This document shows positions 39,336 through 52,403 of a DNA stretch of 64,000 nt, piece after piece. The notes under the pieces are model-generated. The model was given only the letters and a program-made list of their open reading frames with translations. It was not told the origin of the DNA and searched no databases. A program made the translations under genes and the position numbers. The first letter of the stretch is position 1; the number at the start of each line of letters is the position of its first letter. Location of the stretch: the NCBI GenBank assembly GCA_047495785.1, contig JBLDXI010000009.1, positions 3,782,001 to 3,846,000 of the forward strand. Reading direction: 5' to 3'. This DNA comes from Lepidodermella squamata. Lineage: Eukaryota > Animalia > Gastrotricha.

Positions 39336-39891
39336 TTTCGCTGAGAAAATGAAAAATGAGACGTTTTAGAGAGCCAAGTAGTTGACTAGCTCGAAAAGGT
39401 CATCACTTTATTTCTGACACTGTGAGACGTATAATTACGCAAGGGTGAAGAAGTTTCCCGAACACTTTTATTGTTACCAGATTTCGTGCCGCATTTATCT
39501 CGGCAATTAGCTATCGCCAGTCAAGCGGCTGACGTTGCGCAACGCCAAGTTTGCACTGATGGCTCGAGAGATAGCGTTTTATTTATACATTAAACACCTG
39601 TTTCATCATCAAGATTTTGCGTGTTTTTCAGAGTTTTGAGCGACCAGTTTCGGGAAAGAACGCAGAGCGGGGGCTTCGTTTCGAGGCGCTTGAGCGGTTA
39701 TTAACTCATCACATTCGATCGTCTCGCTGCATCCAGTTGCTAATAAATATAAAATGAATAATTTTACGTAAATTGCCGTAATTAGGTCAATAAAAAGAAC
39801 TAAACCGGACTTTTTGCTACCTCCTTATTTATTAAACACTATATCCAAAGCAATGTTCATCCTAAGCCTAAGATACATTAGTAGGTTGAGT

Positions 39892-40202
39892 CAGAGTTGT
39901 CCACGGGTGAAAAATCGAGGCCCGACCCGTCTGTAAATATCTCAAAACCCGGCCCGTCCCGTAAAAGAAAAATGACACGAAATTTACATTCCTTCTTCCT
40001 TCTCGTTGATCAGAAACTTCATATTTACTCAAAATTAACATTACTAAGGAAACAGGTTCAAATATTTGCTACGGGAATAACTTGAAATCTTATCATTTTA
40101 CTTACTGTCAAATTCGCTGAAAATAGCGGCTAGGAGATCAATGAAGACGGGTTTGGAAAACCAGACCCGCACCCGCCCGAACTCGGCCCGCGGACAACTC
40201 TG
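39892..40202. mobile_element. hAT-like MITE (311 bp)
   Basis: TIR CAGAGTTGTCCACGGG ... CCCGCGGACAACTCTG; 8-bp flanks GGTTGAGT and GGCTGAGT (7 of 8 match); subterminal CCCG repeats. Confidence 0.85.
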
Positions 40203-41043
40203 GGCTGAGTTACTTCATGTCGAGATTTTGTGAAGTCCAGTATTCAAATATATATGTAAAACTGGTTGCAATTTGAGAAAACTCGACGTGCTTTAAACTT
40301 GGCTTTTGGTTCTAACCAAGAATTTTTCAATAAATACCGTTACGCAGAATGGTTTTGGACAGGGCAAGGGTATTCTCTTATTTTTATTATCTCTGAAATA
40401 AAAGAACAAAATTGTAAATTTGCAATTTCTGTTACGCAGCAATGAACGATCCGATAAGAACCAAATTTTTCCTGGCGTTAGCCATACCTAACAGCTACCT
40501 GCGGTAGAAAACTTGGCCCGCCAGGATCACCCATTCAAATTTTTTCAAGACTCAAAGTTTGCACTTTTCTTTCGATCACAACCCTCAATATCTTTCTGTT
40601 CTTAATTCTCTTAATATTTCGAAAAATTGAAATGAAACTGGCAAGGCCGCTGCGTAGGCAAATAAGCAAATGGCGTCAAACACGTTTAAAATTGCCAAAA
40701 TTGCCAAGTAAGAAATAATAAATACTCAAAATTCCCAGATAGATCAGGAATCCATCTTGCCAATCTTCGATCAAATTTTCAAAAATGATTAAAAAATCCT
40801 GATTTTTAACCTTGATCAATAGTTGCCCCTCGTTACGGTCATTTTTCTTGCATAAAGATAGTGTAAAAATTTTCCAAATTATAACGTCCTTCAAAGTAAT
40901 AAAAGTTTCCTGACTTAACGGGTCATATCTCCGCATAGTTTCATAACTCTTTCTGGCTGATTTCCATTTTTAAGGACAGATAATTCCTCAAAGGATTTGT
41001 TACGAATACTACGAAACGATATTCCGAAACTAGAACTATTTCT

Positions 41044-41884
41044 TCATGTGACGTATGTATCTACGTCACATGTATTTCTTGGCCTTACTTGTTGCATTTC
41101 GTAGCCAATAGCTGGCGGCATGCTTTGAGTACTCGTCGGGTAATAGCCATCATCAAAAACGCCATCGACAATTTCATTGCGAACAGGAATGTACTCACCA
41201 GACCCATCTATCGACTCAGTTCTTGTGACGATGAAACTGTCCCGTTGCATTGCGGCTGCTTGACGCGATTGCGGTGACAAAAACATAACGCCTTCAGTCA
41301 TATGAGTTTTCGCATTCGGGTACATCATTGTCGACCGCTTTTTCTGAATTTGCCTCCGCCGAGCGATCGAAAATCGACCGAGAAATATCTGAAAAAAAAT
41401 AATATTTCAATTCAAAAAATTTCCACATTCGAAAATAAAAATATGTCTTTCAGCGGAACCAAATTTCAAATCTTGGCACAAAATGTTGAAAATGAAGGGT
41501 GCCGTACAGAAAATCAAGGAAAATTTAAACAACATTTATTTGGGTTTTTTAATTAGTCCTGAAATTCCAGAAAATTCTGAAAAGGCGTTTTTTGGACGTT
41601 TTTTGGGCGTTAAACCAATTTTTTTAAATTTGGTGCCGAAAAAAACTGAGACAAAAAATATTGCCTACGATAATTATAGCGATGGCTGGTATGAGGGCGA
41701 CTGGCAGAATTATTTGAAGTAAATTCAGTTGACTCTCGGTTGAACCCGATGATTTGTAAGTCGTCTGAGGAACAGGTCCGAATTCGTCATAAACGCCCTC
41801 AGGTGTTGTAGTAAAATCAAAGGCATTATAATCAGGTTCGTCATCAATATATGTAGCCGTGTAAAATTTGTAAGTCGTAGCCAT
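41044..41884 (-). CDS. Small single-pass membrane protein without a signal peptide, Tyr-rich on both sides, 2 exons
   Basis: Exon 41884-41669 (MATTYKFY...LLQIILPVALIPAIAIII, donor ATC|GTAGG) joins in phase 0 to the acceptor near 41389 (IFLGRFSIARRRQIQKKRS-MMYP...DTYVT). A basic stop-transfer cluster follows the TM. Confidence 0.65.
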
Positions 41885-42924
41885 TTTTAAACCGAAAAAT
41901 AAAATGAGTAGTAATCGAGTTTTTATATCACACAAAACCACGCCCGTGTCACGGTACACTTCCGATTTCATTTGTTATTCACGTATTTTTCTCACTCACG
42001 AGTTTAAAATTCATATCACTCATCGCACTCGTTATTCATACTCGTGGGATATTTCAAAATAATAAATAAAAAACAAAAACGGAACAACTAAAGAGGTGAT
42101 AAAAGCTACTTCATACTCGAGTTTAATTACCCGGTGATAATTATGTATCATCCACTATCTCTTTGTTTCTCGCGAAAACTAGGGTATCTCGCGCGCAATG
42201 TGAAAACACGAGTTTCAAACAGCTTTTTGCTATTTTAGGGCGATTTGTCGCTGGGCACGCACGTAAAAATAACATTGCGGCAAGGCGCTTCTTTTTATGC
42301 GAGAACCTGACAAAAAGCGCTCGCGCAAAACTTTTCAGCGTTCTGTTGCAACGTTTCAACAAAGAAAACGGCCCGTCGTTCGTCGCTTGAAAGTGCATTA
42401 TGAGCCCGGGCAAAAATAACAATAATAATTGGCCGTGCGTCTAGATATATTGTAATAAGCGCGTGATTTTCTTTGCGCGGCTAACAATACCTTGTAGCGC
42501 TCGCGTCTGGGTTATAGGCCGACTATAAACAAAAATTGGCGAATAAATAGCGCCGCGAGACAATAAAATGCAAGTGATAATATGTTGGAAATACACACTG
42601 AGTCGCCGTCGTCGCGTTAAACAAGCCTTTCTCAATGCGCGAAAGATGCGCTGGCGCAGAAGCTGGCCCGAGAAACAAACGGGTGATAATAATAATAATA
42701 TGCCGAGTTCTTTGAACGACAAAGGCCCTGTGTTGTGTTACCAGCGCACGCTAAAAGAGCGACACTCAAATAATTTAAATAAAATTACCTGAATGCTGAA
42801 TTTAATTTTTTTTCCTCCATCTCAATTCCGCTGTGTACCACATTTTTTGTTTTCATCTATATAGGTACCAATGTAAAAAGAATTCATTTATATATACCAG
42901 GCGGCGTTTTTATTGAAAAATTCG

Positions 42925-45900
42925 ATGCAGCGCTTTGTTTTGTCTGTTGTTGTCGCCGCCGCCTGTTTGTTCAATTTTGTGGACGCGTCTTCGGTACTTT
43001 TCAACCCGTGTGATTCGGACGCCGAGTGCGTGGCGATACGCGGCAATTGCGTCAAAGTTGCGGATACGTGCGAGCGGGGCGTGTGCACGTGCGTCGCGCC
43101 TTTCATCGCCACGCCTGGTGGCGAGTGCCGGCGCGGCATCGCGCCCTGGCGCCAGTGCAACGCCCAGGCGGGTGACGTGTGTATAGGCAAGAACTTTCAG
43201 TGCATCGACGGGCAGTGCCAATGCCGACCTGGGCTATTCCCGATTGGCGACGCCTGTGTTCAAATGTAAGCTTGTTTTTGCCACCTTAAAGTGAATTCCA
43301 CCCCCAAAAAATATAGATATAGGTAAAGCGTGCCCCACAAATTGCTCAATCATTTTCTAGTTAGTCATTTTCCGCAAAAACCCGCAAAAACCCGATGGTA
43401 ACTGGTTTGGTAATTATCGGTATTTTACCGGTTTGGACCGAATTTTTTCATTCCTGATGACAATTTTCCTAATTATAGCATCAGACCTTATTGAGCAGCC
43501 AGAAAGGACATCGCTACTCATAGTCTTTTTGGTACATTTTCTACGTATTTCCATTTTGGTTGAGTTACCTTAGACTATACAAACAAAATACAAACTGCAA
43601 TTATTTCGGATATTTTTTCCACAAAACTTAATATTTGGAGCAGCCGCAATAACTATCTAAACCCGGGTTTTTAATGAGTTTAAAATTTTTATCGCAATTT
43701 TCCAATTTTTTCAAACTAAAATCCCTTTTTCATTTTTTTCCAATTTTTTCTATTCAAATTTCATTTTATATTTTTGTTTACAGTTCATCAGAGATTAAGG
43801 TCGGGATTAAGGCGGTTATTTTCTTCACATTTGGATTAATTTAAATTGAGACGTAACTAATAGCTAATTGTACAAATTATTTCAACGCCAAAAAATTCCT
43901 ATAAATCAAGTTAATTTCATAGGATAAATGTAACTTGTGATTTTTATATTTTTCAGGTCTCAAATGACCACAAGTTTGGGGTCCAGCTGCTCGGATGATT
44001 CCAACTGCCTACCGGGTATGGAATGCCGGCCCTGGACCGGAATTACCGGCAAAAGCGAAGGCGCCGCTGTCGCTATTTGCCAGTGCCCATCAACCCATCG
44101 CGTTCTTAACAACACCCAATGCGTCCCACGACGCCTCGGCGACCCGTGCAGTGGTTCGAATTCGGACTGTGGGCTGATTCTCGACGCAATTTGCTCACCG
44201 GACACCATGACATGCACGTGTCCGGCTAGTCACCAAACAACGCAGACCCTGGTTAATACCAACCCAGCAGCGGATTCCTTTTCGCCAACCTGGAAGCTCG
44301 TTGACGCGTGTCGTCCGATGAACGGTGCAACGAAGCGCATCGGCCAGCGGTGTACAAACAGCCTGCAGTGCCAGTTCGGCCACATGTGTGCGAGATGTGA
44401 GCCGAAGAGTCTCCACCTGCCGAAAACTTGCAACCGGCCGAGTTGCTCGGCGCAGATGTGCCGCAACTTAACTTGCCCATTATGCATCGGTGATTTCGTG
44501 TATACACCGCCGTCGACAGCTACGGCTCTCCAAACCACTACAACGGCGTTTCAGGATGAAAGTTCGAGCGATGTTTCGATCGAGGATTCGGTAACCCACC
44601 CGCCTCAGAATGGCCCACCTGCTGGGCTCGAAAATGCGAATCCTCAGCCTCAGAACTTATGGCCCGATACAACGAGCTCGAGCTCAACAACTACTACGAC
44701 GAAAGCACCAGGTTAGATATCTTATAGATTTAATATTCGCTAATTTCAAAGTTGAATCTAAATTCAAAATTCTCTTGATGAAAAGTGGTTTATGAGCAGA
44801 TAAAAAGCTTCGAAATCATCCCCATGCAAAAATCTCAATCACTTTTTGGAGACTTGATAAAGCTAACGGTTTTTTGCGATAATTTACTATAATTTTACAA
44901 GTTTGACTAAAATATAGGCTATTAAGTATCGATTCAAACTTCAATTCGGGAGAGAATTTAGTTCAAGTTGAATTTTCTGATAAATGGTCAATTTTAAGGA
45001 ATTTTAGTGGTCGATTGAGAAACCTTTGAGTCTACTAACCAGATCAGCAGCTAAAAAGCTTGGCAGTTATAAAAAATTTCTCATTTTTTTGCTTCAAGAA
45101 AACCAAATTAGGTAGGCAGGGGTTTCAGACCACTTATATCGGCCTTATTATAATTTAATATTGCAATAATTTTCTTAATCCCAGGACATGTTTTTATTTA
45201 TTAGGTTAGGGTTAGGGTTAGGTCGAGTTTCGGGTTCCTTCCAAAGTTCACTAATAACCATTTTCGAGTGGGGAAATTCGACCAAGTTTTTGGAACTCCG
45301 TATTTGCCTTTTGTAAACCGAAAATTAGTCATCTGGCATTTCCTTAATGTTTCCAGCTCTAATTAAATGGGAAAATGTATGAAAAATTGCACCTTATTTA
45401 TTATTTCCTCTTCAGCTTCATTTAACTTCACTCAACCTTTTTTTACTATTTTTACCTATTTTTCAGTTGAAGAGGAGGAATCTGGAGTCAATATCGCATT
45501 GGCAGTTACCTTACCGCTTCTTTTCCTGGCCATTGGTCTGGTTGGAATAGGCCTCTTCGTCCGTTACGCCTGGGGACGTCTCAATTGGCGGCGACACGGC
45601 GTGATTACAAAATGCGTCGAGGCCCTAGAAACCGCATCAAGTTCTGGGTCTTCGGGTCTCTCCATGAACCGGCAACACTACAACGTAGAAGGCAGCATGG
45701 CAATCTCTGAAATTCCCAGTCTTCCCAATGTTTCGTATTACGGCGGCTCAAACAATCAACACGATTTAGCCTACACCCAATCATCGGCTAACGTTCTAAT
45801 CCGAGAGTTGGAAAACGAAATTGAGGTCGATTCAAATCTCGGCGCCATTAAAAATAACCACCACCATCAATCGAATAACGCGTTAGCAAGTAACAGCACA

Positions 45901-46260
45901 TACTCAGCAATGACGCTAAATTTCAACTCGTCAGACCTGGTCAACTATCGAGCGAGGCATCACATGTCGCAATCGATGCATCACATTCATCAAATGCCGA
46001 TGAGTTCATCGCGCAGTGATTTAGGCTGCGCGAAGCATAAGTACTGCTTTAACAACGCGATTGACGACGATGACGGCTACATTGGCGGCAGCGATTTAGC
46101 GCCGCCGCGGTTGCCATACCGCAGTAAAAGCATCAGGGCGCTACCGAGCAGGGAACTTCACCGCCATCCCCTCGACGAACCGCATCAGCACTTCGGCATG
46201 GGCTCGAATTTGGTGTCGAGCCGGCTCGACCTCGATAGACGCAAATCGTTACAGTATTAA
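42925..46260 (+). CDS. Type I membrane protein with EB-like cysteine-rich modules, a Ser/Thr stalk and a long cytoplasmic tail, 3 exons
   Basis: Signal peptide; modules PCDSDAEC..CERGVCTC, CIDGQCQCRPG, LGSSCSDDSNC, LGDPC..CTCP, IGQRCTNSLQC. Introns 43266-43956 and 44712-45466 preserve the frame. TM IALAVTLPLLFLAIGLVGIGLFV. Confidence 0.82.
43388..43442 (+). repeat. Dispersed intronic repeat, copy 2
   Basis: Matches 38495-38552 by eye. Confidence 0.7.
45201..45222 (+). repeat. Short interstitial TTAGG(G) tract
   Basis: TTAGGTTAGGGTTAGGGTTAGG inside an intron. Confidence 0.6.
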
Positions 46261-46431
46261 AACGTGTTATAGTTCTATTTAAATTGGCAGCTAAATACTC
46301 AGGTACTAAAATTATTTAACGATCTTCATTCCACTTTTTTCGTTCTCTTTTTTTTATTTATAAGGCATCGTGAAAAAGAAATTGAGGAAAAAAAATAAAA
46401 TAATTTGTCTTGATTTTTCCGGGCTATAATT

Positions 46432-48518
46432 TCAAGCTGCTAGCGTTGGTTGTTTTGTTTCGTTGTGCTTTTTCAGCGCGTTTTGCATCAGCGCACACGC
46501 TTCGAGAATCGACGTTCGATCGCGGTAACGACGCGCGATTTCGTCAACAGTTTCCGATGCTTTGTCGCAATTTGCGAATTCGGCGACTAAATCGTTGTGG
46601 TAGGACAGAGCCGCCAGTATTTGTGCGCACGATTCAACAACACTTCCATGATCGGCGTGGTTTTGATATGCGTTCAAAATAACACCCAGTAATCCGATAT
46701 CTTGGTCAGGCGTGTCGGCGGTTGGTATCAGCAACATTGCCAAGGCGCATTCTGCACTTGGGGCGACAAGAGAGCTCAAAATAGTGCATGAAAGTTGCGT
46801 TATTTCAGGATCTTCGTAATATTTCACCAATGTTAACGCAACTTTTTCAAATGCCTTTGAACTTAGGAATAATTTCGGACTTTCTTGCTCCATCGCCAGG
46901 CAAACCATAGCAGCTAAAGCGCACCTCTTTAGGTGCAGATCCGGTTTTTCGAGACATTCAACCAATGGCGGGAGGGCGTTAGCATGCAATGCGACGTTAG
47001 CCATGCTATCGGCAACCGATAGTCGGAAAAGAGCTTGGCAAATCGAAGATAAAACGTGACAGTAGTCATTGCCGTCGTTTTTAGCCAGCTGTTGGCGAAT
47101 GCCATCGACCAACACGGGTATGATTCCACAGGATATCAGGCGATGAGCTACTCGAGAATCTTCCGCTAGCGTTGCGAAGAAATCAGATACCGCGATAATA
47201 ACGTCCGGGGCATGAGCATTCAGCGAGAATATCCGCAATGAGTACGAGAATAAGCTTTCAGAGAGGAGTCGGACGAATAATTGAGGCTCGACGCTAAATC
47301 GCAGCTTTTGCAAAAACCGAAAAGTCGTTATTTGCACATCCCTAAAAACGGAAATGTAAATTTTTCCGATAATAAACTTGTTAAGATTATTACGGTGAAG
47401 CAGCTGCCGAATCTAAAATGTTCATCAAGAGAGGAGCGTCAACTGCAGCGATTGCGTGAGGAGTTTGTGAAAAAATGCGAGCGAGTTCACCAAGCGCAGC
47501 TTGGAGGCAATCAGCATAATTCCTGAAAACCCGAAATTTCAAGATATTAATGATCAATATAATTTTTCTAACCTGTGGGAATCCATGTAGGATAGAATGC
47601 CTGGAACACCAAGTTCAGCCGGAACCCGAATTCTTGCATGAGGCCAGTTTTGCAATGGAGTTGGCGGTGCATTGCGAGATCCAATAGACTGCAATGCGTC
47701 CCTCAAATATGGCAGCTGAGCAACCAATTTCAGCAGAGGCTCGGTTGATTCAATCAGTCGACGGACAGCTTCCAACAAATCAGCCGAATAGACATGCTGG
47801 TCGTAAAGTATAATTAGCCTACGACAACTTCAAATGCAATTTTAATATATACCCCATGATCGAGTCCAGGCTTCAACAGCTCCATCATCAATTTTCCTAT
47901 ACTGTGAATGTCTTCCAACTCTCCGATGCTTATCTGAGGTTTAGGTGCATTCTTGCTACCAGCAATCTTGCGGTTTTTACGATACAGCAACGCATTTACC
48001 GGTAGGGCATCTCCAAGGATAGCGTTCTCGGATTCGCCAAAATATATGTTAGACATTTTGATGTTGTTATGAGCTTGGCCTTCGTGATTGTGAACACTGA
48101 TAAGAGCATCGATCAACTGCGCCATCCACTTTCTAACTTTCACTTCACTAAATGCAACTTTGCCAAGTTTGTAGATGTAATCAGACAGACTTCCGCCTCT
48201 TTGAAAATCAGACACTACAGCAATATATAACGCGCTTTCCGACTGGTCCCAGTGAAGGAACATATCTCGGTATCCAAGCAAAGATTGATGGCGAATAGAA
48301 TTGAATTTGTTCAGGTCTTTCATAAGATCTTAATTGTTTGCACAAATTAGAGTTTTGATAATTATATCATATAAAGAATTACCTGTTGCATGAGGATGAT
48401 CAATGCATTCCAACATTTTCAGAACGCATGGGTCCTGGTACATGTCATTCGTGTTGACCAGGAATATCTTTTCGTTGTTCAGAGACGGCAGAGCTTCTCG
48501 ACCTTGGTACTTATCCAT
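46432..48518 (-). CDS. STKLD1: Pseudokinase plus ARM-repeat protein, STKLD1/SgK071-like, about 5 exons
   Basis: MDKYQ..VLKMLECIDHPHA..IRHQSLLGYRDMFLHWDQSESALYIAVV resembles the STKLD1 N-lobe. HNNIKMSNI replaces HRD and LGD replaces DFG. C-terminal ARM-like helical repeats (GIIPVLV, ALPPLVECL). Confidence 0.75.
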
Positions 48519-49650
48519 TGTCGGATCGGCAAAAAGTTTCTGCTAATGTCTAAATTTGATCGATTTCAAAAGCCTTAAAGGATACAGTAAATTAGGTATG
48601 AAGAGTTAAGAGCACTTCGACCATCCCTGAGGATTACGGCCGCTCACAAGAAGAGGAAACCAAAATAAAATCAGTGAATACTTCCAGCTGTCACGGTTTA
48701 AAGTAATTCCTCTAAGTCGCATCAGATTATTCGTATCGACAAAACTATCAGGTACAAGGAAAAGACACATAAATTGAGCTAACTACATGAATTCGTTCAA
48801 GTTAATTCTGTCTTTCGAGATCGCTTTCGGTAGAATAATCTGGCATTTTTCCGGGTGCTTCTTGCCGATTTGATCCGTGTTAATCCGTAATTCGGTATCC
48901 ACGTTAGAAGCTCGAAGTTGAAGTCGCATAATTAGCCAGATACATTAAGCCCTGAGAGTGATTTGACATGAAACACTGATGAACTTCCCAAGACTGGCAA
49001 CTTCAGCGTCGTTGTTACGGCAACAAGCAATAATTTAATTTCGTAAAACAATTAGGTAACTCAAATTAAAAACATTTTAATTTTAATTTATTAATAGGTG
49101 TGACAGTCGTTTGTGCTTCACGTGATTCTAATGAGCGGGGACATGTGAAAGTGACAAAACCGCGTGAATGCCGGGTCATCTAGGCATCAGCGTGCGACGA
49201 CTTTTCAAATAAACCAGATTAGCGTGACGGAGTGTAGTCTCTCGACACCGACTAGACACTCGCCACCAAGACTATTTGTAAATTAGCGGATGGGTTCGAC
49301 GAGTTAACATGCATTAATTGGCGCAAAATAACGATGAAACTATTAAGTTTGAAGGTTGAACTTAGAAGATGCAGCAAATTGAACAAGGAGTTGTGGAATC
49401 CATGATAGGTTTATCCTATTCATGGTCTATAATCTGTGACTGATGAAATTCGTGTCTATCTAGTATGCTTCTATCACTCAGTAATTTTTTAATGGTTTTT
49501 TTGTCGTGCGTACTGACCTACCTTGTACCTTGTGAACTACTTAGTGTCTTTCGAAATTCCTTGATCGTGTACACTTTCCCAATCACCATTCCTCAATAAT
49601 ATTTTCAAATGATTTTAGAGTTCTTGTTTCTTCTCGCTTTTGCTGTTGGA

Positions 49651-51916
49651 ATGTCAGTCGTGGGAACTGAGGAACGGCAAAGGCTGTCTGCCATTTTTGA
49701 GAAGGTGGGTTTTATTACTTCATGATTACGTTCTATAACTTGATTTATATTAAAACTTTCAGTATGCTACCGCGGCGAAAGGAAATGAAAAATTTCTTTC
49801 CTACAAAGACTTTTTCGTCGACTTCTTGAAACTGTTTCCTTATCGTGATTACGATGAGCAGACTCTTGATCTCTTGGGCCGTGCTGTTTCTCGCAGTCGG
49901 GATGGGCTAATCTCATTTGACGACTTCTGCTCATTTGAGAAAGTGCTGAAATCTCCCGATGTACTTTACCGTCTTGCATTTCTATTATTTGACCGTGATG
50001 GTTCCGGTCAAGTTACTTATGGTATGTATGTTTCTCAAAACCATTGTTCTTTCTGAAACGTTCGGTTCCAGAGAACTTCCGTGCGGTTATGACCCATACT
50101 GCGTCTATTCAGAAAGTTCCGTATAACTTCGACTCGAACTACCTGAACTCGTACTTCGGCAACAACAAAAAGAAAACTGTTTCTTATGCTGAGCTCTCCC
50201 AGTTGCTCTACGACTTCAGACGTGAACATGCTGCCCAGGCGTTCAGGAAGTTCGATGGCTCCGGAAATGGCCGTATCTCAGTAGCAGAGTTTCGCGATAT
50301 TATCATCAATATGCGTTCGGATATCTTGACTCCTTTCATGGAGAACAATCTGGGAAACGTTAGTTTGAAATGTATGATATCTTATAAATTGCTAACGGCA
50401 AATCTGTCTTATTTAGTTGGAAGAACCGCAGCGCCACAACTCTGTCAGCTTTGGCTATTTTTCGGCATTTTGTCGTCTCTTCACTGAGATGGAACTCGTT
50501 AAAAAGATGTGCTTGGCCGCTGCAGCGAACTCCGGTGGACTTGGAGATGCACGAACTCGGGAAATTACTCATGAAGAATTTATGCACGAATCACTTAATC
50601 ACAACATCCAGATTACACCAATGGAGACGCAGATATTATTTCAACTCGCATCTCTCATTCGACCAAACGGTCGTTTGGCATATTCTGATCTGGAAGTCAT
50701 CGCTCCTTATGCACCTAACTATTGGTCCGCGCCTATTTTGAAACCTCTACCCAAAGATGACGAAGATCGCAATATGAGCTTTGGCATGCACGTTCTGGAA
50801 CACATGTATCGTTTCGCCCTCGGCTCAGTAGCCGGCGCGTGTGGTGCCACAGCGGTCTACCCGATCGATTTGGTTAAAACTCGTATGCAAAATCAGCGTT
50901 CGACCGGCTCTTACGTCGGCGAGTTGATGTACAAGAACAGCATGGATTGCTTCAAGAAAGTCATTCGATTTGAAGGAGTTTTCGGTCTTTATCGTGGTTT
51001 AGCTCCTCAGCTTGTCGGTGTTGCCCCAGAAAAAGCTATCAAGCTCACTGTTAACGATGCAGTTCGCGATTTTTTCAAGCAAAAAGACGGCTCAATCTCG
51101 TTTGGCGCTGAAGTATTTGCCGGATGTGCTGCTGGTGGTTCCCAAGTTATCTTCACAAACCCTCTTGGTAGGCTTTCCGAGTTGAAGTTTTTTCCTCGAT
51201 TTCTTAACCTTTTTTTTATAGAAATTGTCAAGATTCGCTTGCAAGTTGCTGGTGAGATTACCACTGCCAAGCGACCGTCTGCCTTGGCTGTTGTGAAGGA
51301 ACTCGGTCCGATCGGGTTGTACAAGGGAGCAAAAGCGTGTTTCTTGCGTGATATTCCCTTCTCTGGCATCTATTTCCCTTTCTACGCCCACCTTAAAAAA
51401 TGGTTTGCCGACGAAAAAGGCTACAACACCCCGCTTCAAATGTTGTGCGCTGCGACAATCGCTGGTGTCCCGGCCGCTTCTCTCGTCACCCCGGCCGACG
51501 TCATTAAAACCCGCCTTCAGGTCCAGGCTCGGAAGGGTCAAACTACGTACAACGGCTTGGTCGATTGCGCGAGGAAAATCTGGGCGGAAGAGGGTGGTCG
51601 TGCTTTCTGGAAGGGCGCCGGAGCGCGTGTTTTGCGCTCTTCGCCTCAATTCGGTGTCACCCTGCTCACTTATGAACTTCTTCAAAGGTTATTCAACGTT
51701 GACTTCGGAGCTGGTGCTCATAACACGCAGCATCTTCAACTCTCACCCGCCGAGGCAGAGCAACGGGTTCTAGCTGGAACAGCCATGCAAAAAGTACAGG
51801 GCGAGCCCAATGACGACCACATCGGCGGTTATCGTTTCGCTGTAGCCGCGTTCACTGGTTTGGAGCGTCGCTTCGGCTTGATTCTGCCCAAGTACAAAGA
51901 AACGTCTGCAAAATAA
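49651..51916 (+). CDS. SLC25A12: Ca-binding mitochondrial aspartate/glutamate carrier (aralar/citrin, SLC25A12/13), 5 exons
   Basis: EF hands ([29 protein letters not shown]); carrier repeats [25 protein letters not shown] (after the 54-nt intron 51168-51221) and [11 protein letters not shown]; C-terminal [25 protein letters not shown]. Confidence 0.95.
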
Positions 51917-52403
51917 CAAAAGCGAGAGACATTTTGATGAAATAAATATTGATTAGCTGTCCATCATTTCAAAAACCATTTATAGTCTAGCTGTGTGCGA
52001 TAGCTGTATTTTATTGTGTTTTTTTCGGGTCGTGAATTTATAACTCATCCTCCGGTGTTCGTGAAAAACAACCTAAATCCGCTGCCGATGACGTTATTAT
52101 TAGTTGACGAATGCCTCATTGAATTTATGTCATCATAGCCAAATAATCACATCGCGTCTCTCAATTATTGTAATTTGGCAACGGACTATTTTACTGCTTG
52201 AGTGAAAATAGTTTCAATCGACCTAGTTTTCTTCCATTACCTAACACCCGTTTGAGCGGTACATGATTTTTGTCTTACCGCGAGTCGTTTTTCGTTTCTC
52301 ATTTAAAAATATTTTCGAGTCGAAATAAAAAAGAAAATTGCGATTTCAATTTTTATTTCAATAAAATTACAAAAACGGTTATAAATGAAAGCAGCTGAGA
52401 TAA

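Noticed and set aside
45201-45222. Telomere or chromosome-fusion scar
   Set aside because: Only about four units inside an intron, too short to distinguish from a repeat-derived or chance tract.
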